The notes beneath the pieces are model-generated. The model searched no databases and was not told where the DNA came from. It saw nothing but the letters and a program-made list of their open reading frames with translations. Made by a program: the position numbers and the translations under genes. From Myxococcota bacterium (GTDB lineage Bacteria > Myxococcota_A > Bradymonadia > UBA4248), in contig JAZRWH010000137.1 of NCBI GenBank assembly GCA_045599585.1, positions 1 through 54,554 of the forward strand: a stretch of DNA of 54,554 nt. Direction: 5' to 3'. Below are positions 47,729 to 54,554 of the stretch, one piece after another (position 1 is the first letter of the stretch; each line of letters begins with the position of its first letter).

Positions 47729-50700
47729 CTAACCTTTTGAAGCAGCTGCCTTCATTTGAGCCATACGTGCGGCTTCAGCAGGTGTCAATCTTGGTCTATC
47801 GTCGCCTTCATCTTCGTACTCCTGAACCTCACGCGATTTTGAAGCGAAGATAGAGTACATAACGGGAACGAAGAAGAGGGTGAAGAAGGTAGAGAGTGTA
47901 AGACCACCGATAACGGAGGTACCCATACCAGCCCAAGCTTCGGAGCCTTCACCGAGTTGGAGCGCAAGCGGAACCATGGAAAGAATGGTTGTAAGAGCGG
48001 TCATCATAACCGGTCGCATACGCGTACGGCCAGCGCTAACGACAGCCGTGATTTTGTCCATACCCTTGTCACGATTTTGGTTGGCGGCGTCAACGAGAAC
48101 GATACCGTTGTTAACGACGATACCCGCAAGCATGATCAAACCAATGAGACCCGAGATATCAAGCGTACGTCCTGTAATTAAGAAGATGCCGACAACACCG
48201 ATGACCATGAGCGGAATCGTGAAGAGAACGATAAACGGTTCACGATAGCTTTCGAACTGAGATGCCATAACCGCGAAGACCAGGAAGATCGAGACCAAAA
48301 GTGCGACACCAAGGTATTTGAATGAATCCTGGAAATTCTCGGCAGTACCGGAAACCGCGTACGTCCATTCAATACCTTTTTCAGCATCAGCTTTCATCTG
48401 TTCATTTAACCAATCCTTCATTTCGCCGATGGTCTTATCCAAGTTCTTTTTAGAGACCTCGGAAGCGTCAGGAGTTTCTTTATAGGTATTGGCGAGCGTC
48501 AAGCTGACTTTTTGGTAACGTTCCTGATTTTTACGTTCGATTGTTGTAGGCGCAAGGTTTTCGTAAACGTCAGCAACCGTGCCAAGGGGAACCGTACCGC
48601 CAGAGCTAATCTGGATCGGCATATTCTCGACTTCGTGAATATCGTTACGGAACTGGCGATCATAGCGTACGACGATATCATACTCATCGCCGCCTTCGAG
48701 ATATTCGGAAGCGTTGAAGCCGCGGAAGAAGATGTAAACCAAATTCGAAACGGTACTTGACGTGATGCCCAATTCAGACATTTTCTCACGATTGTAGTCG
48801 ACTTGGATTTGCGGTTTTTGTTCATCGACCGAAAGTTTAACCTCAGAGACATCAGGACGCGTGAGAGCATAACGCTTAATGCGGTTCGTAATCGTACGTG
48901 TAACCTGAATATCGTCGTAATAAACTTCGATATCGATATCACCGCCACCACCGCCACCGGGGCCGCCACGGCCAGAAACCTGATACTCAATACCAGGGTA
49001 ATCCTTGAGCGCATTACGTGTGGCATCAATGATCTCGGTAATCGGTCGATCACGGAATTTAGGTTTAACAAGCGGAACACGAATGGTAGCGGTATTTACG
49101 CCATTCCCGAACAGGGCGCCCATACCCGAGTCAGCCGAGCCAGCGTCGACCGAAACCATTTTTCGTTCAGATGCCGGAATGACTTTTTTAACGATATCGC
49201 CAACTTCTTCTGCGATTTGATAAGTCGTACGCGCATCGGTACCCATTTCGGTCGTAATCTTTACCGTCAAAAATGAGTCATCAGAAGTCGGCATAAATTC
49301 TGTCGGAATTTTTGTAAAACCAAAGCACGCCAGTGCAAACAATCCCGTTATAGCGAGCACTACGAGCCAACGAACTTTAATGCAGCCACGAAGGAAGTTT
49401 TCATAACCGGCTTTGATACGATAGCCCAACGTCTGTTTCTGTTCATCATCAACTTCATTAAGATCGTCGACCTGCTTACCAGAGTTAGCAGCAATAACCT
49501 TATCAAATTTCGAGCTTTTCAACATGTAGTACGACAGCATCGGAACAAAGGTAATTGCCACGATAAGGGAAATCGTCAAAGCAACGCAGATCGTAACGGA
49601 CATATCGTGGAACATCATACCAGCGATACCGGGGACGAACAGAATCGGCAAGAATACTGCGATTGTCGTCAACGTCGAAGCTGTAATAGCCATGATGATT
49701 TCCTTGGCACCACGCGTACAAGCCTGGAACGCCGTATCACCTTCTTCACGATGGCGGAAGATATTCTCGAGCGTAACGATCGCGTTATCGACGAGCATAC
49801 CGACTGCGAGTGAAAGACCAGCCATCGAAATGACGTTTAGAGTCATACCCAACTGAGCCATGACACCTAAAGTTGCCATAAGGGAGATCGGGATAGCCGT
49901 CGCAACGATAAGAGACGTCGTAATGCTTTTGAAAAACGCTAACAAAACGAAGAATACGATAATAACTGCGAGAATGATCGTTTCTTCGAGGTTGGCAATC
50001 GAGCTCTGAATAAACTCAGCCTGATTTCGGACAATGTTGTAGCCGAGCTCGGGCGTATCCTCAAGTACCTTCGGAATCTCTTTCAAGAGGCCGTTCGCAG
50101 CTTCAACCGTATTTGCACCGGACTGTTTAGAAGCGAGCATAAAGACAGAAGATTTGCCGTTGACGTTCGTAAAACGGCGTGTTTCTTCAATTGTATCTTC
50201 AATTTCGGCAACATCTTTGAGTCGGATCGGAATCATTCTGCCTTTGTCATCGGCGCCCATGCTTAACAAGACTTCGCCAACTTCATCGACCGAACGGAAC
50301 TTACCGCTTGTTTGAATATTCAGGTCTCGACCAGAAGCTTCGATGTATCCACCAACTGACTGAGCATTTTCTGCAGCGAGAACACCAGCAATTGTTGCAG
50401 CAGAAATATTGTACGCTTCAAGTTTTTGCGGGTTAAGACGAACGTGAATCTCACGAAGCTCGCCACCAGCAATTTCGACTGACGAAATACCCGGAACGCG
50501 TTCCAGTTTAGGTTTAATACGGTCATCTGCGATCTTACGGATCTGTGAAGCCGGTAAATCACCCGTCAGGTTGAACATGACAATCGGTTCCATGGAGGGA
50601 TCGAGTGCCAAAACCATTTGGGAGTTATAGTCATCAGGCAATGCACTTTTAACGAGATCGAGTTTATTACGCGTATCGATCTCCGCCTGATTCATGTCGT

Positions 50701-50995
50701 AGCCCCAATCGAATTCGAGCATAACGACACTCACGTTTTGTTTTGACGTCGACATGACGTTTTTTACACCCGTTACCGAAACCGCCGTTTGCTCGATCGG
50801 GCGTGACAACAGCGTCTCCACGTCTGCCGGGCTTGCACCAACATACGTCGTCATAACCAAGACGTACGGAATATCCATGTCAGGATACAAGTCAAGCTGC
50901 AGTCTGAAGAACGAGAAAATACCGAACGCAATGACGACCGTATAGATCATCGTCATTGTGACTCGGTTCTTTACTGAATACCCAGGAATACTCAT
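47729..50995 (-). CDS. RND (AcrB/HAE1-like) inner-membrane efflux pump
   Basis: 1,088 aa with a 12-TM architecture and two large periplasmic loops. Motifs are AcrB-like. There is an unusual SGRGGPGGGGGGD glycine run. Confidence 0.9.
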   Translation of the reverse strand: MSIPGYSVKNRVTMTMIYTVVIAFGIFSFFRLQLDLYPDMDIPYVLVMTTYVGASPADVETLLSRPIEQTAVSVTGVKNVMSTSKQNVSVVMLEFDWGYDMNQAEIDTRNKLDLVKSALPDDYNSQMVLALDPSMEPIVMFNLTGDLPASQIRKIADDRIKPKLERVPGISSVEIAGGELREIHVRLNPQKLEAYNISAATIAGVLAAENAQSVGGYIEASGRDLNIQTSGKFRSVDEVGEVLLSMGADDKGRMIPIRLKDVAEIEDTIEETRRFTNVNGKSSVFMLASKQSGANTVEAANGLLKEIPKVLEDTPELGYNIVRNQAEFIQSSIANLEETIILAVIIVFFVLLAFFKSITTSLIVATAIPISLMATLGVMAQLGMTLNVISMAGLSLAVGMLVDNAIVTLENIFRHREEGDTAFQACTRGAKEIIMAITASTLTTIAVFLPILFVPGIAGMMFHDMSVTICVALTISLIVAITFVPMLSYYMLKSSKFDKVIAANSGKQVDDLNEVDDEQKQTLGYRIKAGYENFLRGCIKVRWLVVLAITGLFALACFGFTKIPTEFMPTSDDSFLTVKITTEMGTDARTTYQIAEEVGDIVKKVIPASERKMVSVDAGSADSGMGALFGNGVNTATIRVPLVKPKFRDRPITEIIDATRNALKDYPGIEYQVSGRGGPGGGGGGDIDIEVYYDDIQVTRTITNRIKRYALTRPDVSEVKLSVDEQKPQIQVDYNREKMSELGITSSTVSNLVYIFFRGFNASEYLEGGDEYDIVVRYDRQFRNDIHEVENMPIQISSGGTVPLGTVADVYENLAPTTIERKNQERYQKVSLTLANTYKETPDASEVSKKNLDKTIGEMKDWLNEQMKADAEKGIEWTYAVSGTAENFQDSFKYLGVALLVSIFLVFAVMASQFESYREPFIVLFTIPLMVIGVVGIFLITGRTLDISGLIGLIMLAGIVVNNGIVLVDAANQNRDKGMDKITAVVSAGRTRMRPVMMTALTTILSMVPLALQLGEGSEAWAGMGTSVIGGLTLSTFFTLFFVPVMYSIFASKSREVQEYEDEGDDRPRLTPAEAARMAQMKAAASKG

Positions 50996-51283
50996 TCTAA
51001 CCTCTGTTGTGGATTAAATGACGATTATCTTTCTTGATATAAATTATGTCATCGAAGACAAGCTTGTTGTAGCAATTTATACCAAAACATATCGTCAGCA
51101 ATTAATACTTTTGTGTATTTGAACAGAAACATAACGCTCAAATACCCTATTTTACAATTTATGCCTTATAAATATTTCCTTTTCAGAACACTAAAGCGGC
51201 AGCAAATCACAAAAAAGGCGCGCAATGAGTTGATTTAGACATCTGCGCGCCCTTACGATCATATATTCATTGAATAAATAATA

Positions 51284-52528
51284 CTAAGTGCCTTCAGCAG
51301 CTTCAGGAGCATCACCTGTGGACGCTGCAGGCGCATCTGCGACAGGTGCATCCTTGGCTGCAGGCGCTGCTGCAACGGTATTATTATCCGTCGTGGTACC
51401 GACGTGAACTTTATCGCCATCTTTAAGGGAGTGATGACCTCGCGTGATCAATTTGTCGCCAGACTTCAAACCACTTAAAACTTCAATAACATCGCCACTA
51501 TACTCCCCTACACTAACCTCGACAGCGTGTGCTATATTATTAGAATCCATGACGAAGGCACGTCTAAGCGTCTGACCGGCAAGCTGCTTTTTAAGCAATT
51601 CAGCATCAAGAATGAGTGCCGAAGGAGGCACAACGATCGCATCATTCGTCGTGGTCAAGCTGATTTCAGCGCGAGCATACATACCGGGTTTATATTTATA
51701 CAAACCATTTGATTCGAGCTTAACGTTTTCAAACTGTGCTTCCAAGGTATTCGTACGTGTCGACGAGTTAATGTACGGCATGATGCGAGTAACTTTTGCG
51801 ACGACAACTTCTCCCGGGAACGCATCAAAGCGAAGGCGGACATCTTGCCCCATCTGGAGGTACTGCGTGTCTTCTTCGTTGACATTAAGCGTAACTTTGA
51901 GCGTCTGAAGGTCATTAAGAACACAGAGCGCCATGGCTGAAGATGCGATATCGCCAACTTCTGAATTCTTATTGCTGATAACACCGTCGATCGGAGCTAC
52001 GACGCGCGCATAATCAAGACCGAGTTTCGTTTGTTCCTGCGTCGCCAAAAGCTGCTGTTTCGTTGCCAAAAGCGTCGTTACACCGTCCTGAGCCTGATCA
52101 AGTGTCTGACGACTGACGATGTTCGATTCAAACATACTGCGAACACGTTTAAGTTCTCGTTCGGCAGCTTGAAGCTGGGCATCCACACTCTTGATCTGTG
52201 CATTAAGTGCATCTAAACCCTTTTTTGAGACTTCATTACGGATTTCCGCAATAACCTCGCCTTTCTGCACAAAATCCCCATTTTCCCAAGGGAATTTCAA
52301 AATGCGCTCACTTGCCAACGGGATGACCTTAACCATCTTCGCAGCTGCTATGTTGCCTACGTACGTTCGCGTGCGCGTAAAACTCGTCGTCGTGACATCC
52401 TGCGTTAAAACAGCGGTATCACTGACCTGCTCGCTCATTGCGCCTGAACTCTCTTCCTCTTTGTTGCACGCGACTACACTCAAACTCAATGCTGCCATCA
52501 TGGCTATTAAAAGGCTTATTTTTCGCAT
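51284..52528 (-). CDS. RND membrane fusion protein (AcrA/HlyD family) lipoprotein
   Basis: The lipobox is SVVAC. Alpha-hairpin and beta-barrel regions are present. The C-terminus is A/P-rich. AGGAG SD. Confidence 0.8.
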   Translation of the reverse strand: MRKISLLIAMMAALSLSVVACNKEEESSGAMSEQVSDTAVLTQDVTTTSFTRTRTYVGNIAAAKMVKVIPLASERILKFPWENGDFVQKGEVIAEIRNEVSKKGLDALNAQIKSVDAQLQAAERELKRVRSMFESNIVSRQTLDQAQDGVTTLLATKQQLLATQEQTKLGLDYARVVAPIDGVISNKNSEVGDIASSAMALCVLNDLQTLKVTLNVNEEDTQYLQMGQDVRLRFDAFPGEVVVAKVTRIMPYINSSTRTNTLEAQFENVKLESNGLYKYKPGMYARAEISLTTTNDAIVVPPSALILDAELLKKQLAGQTLRRAFVMDSNNIAHAVEVSVGEYSGDVIEVLSGLKSGDKLITRGHHSLKDGDKVHVGTTTDNNTVAAAPAAKDAPVADAPAASTGDAPEAAEGT

Positions 52529-52546
52529 ATTCTAAGTCTCCTTATT

Positions 52547-52573
52547 CCTATATGTCTTATACCCCCATATAGG
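52547..52573. promoter_or_regulatory. perfect 8-bp inverted repeat CCTATATG-n11-CATATAGG 20-45 nt upstream of the RND MFP start codon; candidate repressor operator
   Basis: Seen in the sequence. It sits between the AGGAG SD of the MFP gene and the upstream REP copy G. Confidence 0.4.
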
Positions 52574-52920
52574 TTTTATCGCTTATTTCGAGTTCTAGCA
52601 ACCACTAACACCTACATTAAATCACATAGATCTTATCTCGTGCCAAAACTGTTTTAAAACAATGACTATCTTTCGATTATTCCCTGCCGAAATAAAAAAT
52701 CGACATTTTGCTGTGAAAACGTGCGCATCCCTGCACCTTCCATCCCACCGAATCGCTTTCATCAGCTATTACGCTCGCTGCTTCCTACGAATTGCAGCAA
52801 CCCCATAACATTTAGAATCTGATTTTTATTTAATCAACGAAAAAAAACTGCAATTTTCTTCGTTTTCTTCCTAATCTCTTCTTCAAACAACGCCTGCTTG
52901 ATCCTAGGATGAAGCGAGGA

Positions 52921-52974
52921 GGGGGAAGTCTCCCCCTGAGCGGCTATTTGCAAAGCAAATACGCCGCTACCCCC
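52921..52974 (-). repeat. REP-like element copy G (identical to E)
   Basis: A 54-bp sequence shared with 31925..31978. Confidence 0.9.
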
Positions 52975-52991
52975 TCAAGCAATCAAATTAA

Positions 52992-54185
52992 TTAATAATG
53001 TTTAGATAGAAATTCAAGCGCACTTTGTGCCAACAATTTTGCCCCACCGTACAACGCCGCTTCGTCAACGTGAAAATGATCGTTGTGCCAAGAATAAAGA
53101 GTTTCCCCACGCTGACGTGACCCTAGCCAATAAAAGAACCCTGGAACAGACTGCATATAATCAGCAAAATCTTCTGTAGCCATCCCAGGTTCACACGTCA
53201 CCAAATGGCCTTCGCCGAAAACTTTTGTTGCTGCCTGTTTGGCAATCTCCGTCATGGCTTCATGATTGATTACAGCCGGAACTTCTTCATCAATAACAAA
53301 ATCAGCGGTACATTCGTACGTGTCGGCGGTTGCATGTACGACAGTCTTAAGCCTTTCAAGTGCTCTTTTGCCGACCTCCGGATCATGAAATCGCATACTG
53401 CCCGTCATTTCAACTTTGTCGACGATCAAGTTCATCGGCGTTCCGCCATGAATCGAACAAATAGACAAAACGAGCGAACGCATCGGATCAACATTACGTG
53501 CTGGAATCGTCAGTACTCCCTGCACGATTGCAGCTGCACAGACGATCGGATCAACGCATTTATGTGGCATTGAACCATGACCGCCAACGCCATGAACTGT
53601 AATGCTAAAGTTGATCTTAGCCGCCATGAGTGGTCCAGATTGAACGACGACCTTGCCTGTTTCTACTTCGGGACGGTTGTGAAGTCCAAAAATACCTTCA
53701 ACGGCATAATTCGTAAGAACGCCACGCGCAATCATTTCACGTGCACCATTTGTCGTCTCTTCCGCAGGCTGAAAAATAAAAATAACGCTTCCTTGGAGTG
53801 AAGCACGTACACCCGAAAGGAGCTTAGCTGCACCGAGCAAAGCTGTTGTGTGAAAATCATGACCGCACAAATGTCCTTTGCCTTCGATCTTACTTTTCCA
53901 AGGAGATGGCCAGCATTCACAAACGTTCAAAGCATCAATATCGGCGCGCAGAGCTACACAGCGACCTGGCAATGCCCCACACAAACACGCCGCAACGCCT
54001 GTTTTCATCCCCAAATCAATAAGCTCAATACCGTCTATTTTGCATAACTCATCCTTGATCAATTGCGTCGTATTGAATTCTTCCCACGACGTTTCAGGAT
54101 ACTGATGAATTTGACGTCTAATCTCTAACAGCGCTTGAACCTCATCTACAGACAATTCAGGTAAAACATTCATTATAAATTCCAT
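52992..54185 (-). CDS. M20D amidohydrolase (N-acyl-amino-acid amidohydrolase / hippuricase-like)
   Basis: IRRQIHQYPE...GHDFHT...motifs are typical of M20D. The start may be MNVLP at 54173. Confidence 0.85.
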   Translation of the reverse strand: MEFIMNVLPELSVDEVQALLEIRRQIHQYPETSWEEFNTTQLIKDELCKIDGIELIDLGMKTGVAACLCGALPGRCVALRADIDALNVCECWPSPWKSKIEGKGHLCGHDFHTTALLGAAKLLSGVRASLQGSVIFIFQPAEETTNGAREMIARGVLTNYAVEGIFGLHNRPEVETGKVVVQSGPLMAAKINFSITVHGVGGHGSMPHKCVDPIVCAAAIVQGVLTIPARNVDPMRSLVLSICSIHGGTPMNLIVDKVEMTGSMRFHDPEVGKRALERLKTVVHATADTYECTADFVIDEEVPAVINHEAMTEIAKQAATKVFGEGHLVTCEPGMATEDFADYMQSVPGFFYWLGSRQRGETLYSWHNDHFHVDEAALYGGAKLLAQSALEFLSKHY

Positions 54186-54387
54186 TCACAACAAAAACGG
54201 AACTTACCCAGAATAAACTGTTTATTGAGGGCATCGTTTCGAAAACTCAGCTTAGTCTAACATACACAAGCTTTCTGTGCTACGTTATACGCCAATTGAT
54301 GAGCAGAGAGTTTTCGAGGATTTATTCTAAAGATTTACAGTGACGCGAACGTCCTTCAGACGACGCTTGTTGACGCCTACGGCAAGA

Positions 54388-54436
54388 GGGGGTAGCGGCG
54401 TATTTGCTTTGCAAATAGCCGCTCAGGGGGAGACGG
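54388..54436 (+). repeat. REP-like element copy H, truncated at the 3' G5/C5 hairpin where the IS30 end begins
   Basis: GGGGGTAGCGGCGTATTTGCtttGCAAATAGCCGCTCAGGGGGAGAC is followed by GGAAAATTGTCA (IS terminus) instead of (C/T)TCCCCC. Confidence 0.7.
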
Positions 54437-54443
54437 AAAATTG

Positions 54444-54554
54444 TCAATCCAAATGCATATTTGAGTAAACCATTTCCGGTGTCTTCCAACCAAGTACTTT
54501 TCGAGGTCTCTGATTAATTTCATTACAGACACGTTTGATATAGCTGTCAGAGAC
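54444..54554 (-). mobile_element. IS30-family transposase 3' end (partial, runs off window)
   Basis: The reverse complement translates to VSDSYIKRVCNEINQRPRKVLGWKTPEMVYSNMHLD*. N-R-P-R-K-x-L-G-[FWY]-K-T-P-x-E-V is the conserved IS30 transposase C-terminal signature. Confidence 0.7.

Noticed and set aside
5955-54436. Recurrent GC-rich palindromic repeat could have been a CRISPR array
   Set aside because: Copies are kilobases apart, occur in both orientations, have variable internal loops rather than constant repeats with unique spacers, and sit between unrelated genes. They are REP-like dispersed elements, not CRISPR.

Overview
This 54.5 kb window (roughly 48-50% GC) looks like chromosome from a diderm, Gram-negative-type bacterium. 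The evidence is a TolC/RND/MFP efflux operon, a TonB-dependent receptor-like gene, many lipobox lipoproteins and a Tat signal. I cannot name the organism from sequence alone. Read left to right, the window contains:
- tRNA-Gly(GCC) on the minus strand.
- Three secreted or anchored cysteine-rich proteins, interleaved with a very long S41 C-terminal processing peptidase, uvrB, and a 1,077-aa protein with a TolB-like propeller and a probable C-terminal beta-barrel.
- A tightly coupled four-gene operon: ATP-grasp ligase, esterase, GshA-type glutamate-cysteine ligase, and a class-II (Ntn, Cys2) glutamine amidotransferase. I flag this as the best candidate for an undescribed small-molecule or low-molecular-weight-thiol system.
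- larB and larC (nickel-pincer cofactor genes). larC carries a roughly 15-unit (HEHEHC)n tandem repeat.
- Two tandem paralogous small membrane proteins.
- A Tat-signal lipoprotein TldD next to a signal-less PmbA.
- pepT, a NUDIX hydrolase, a flotillin/NfeD pair, two MATE transporters, a YpfJ-like zinc peptidase, Xaa-Pro aminopeptidase, mgsA, and a YqiA-like esterase.
- A TonB-dependent-receptor-like gene plus lipoprotein pair.
- An RND efflux operon (MFP, AcrB-like, TolC-like) and an M20 amidohydrolase.

The most distinctive sequence-level signal is non-coding. There is a family of GC-rich palindromic REP-like elements in both orientations: at least 8 full copies of a GGGGGTAGCGGCGTAT...ATAGCCGCTCAGGGGGAGACCTCCCCC unit, plus many core-only hairpins. 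There is a roughly 209-bp MITE-like element with 14-bp terminal inverted repeats and an 8-bp target-site duplication; two of its copies lie in inverted orientation around a 5.4 kb segment. The 3' end of an IS30-family transposase abuts a truncated REP copy at the right edge of the window. No rRNA or CRISPR array is present. Apart from the IS30 fragment, no classic defence or mobility genes were seen.
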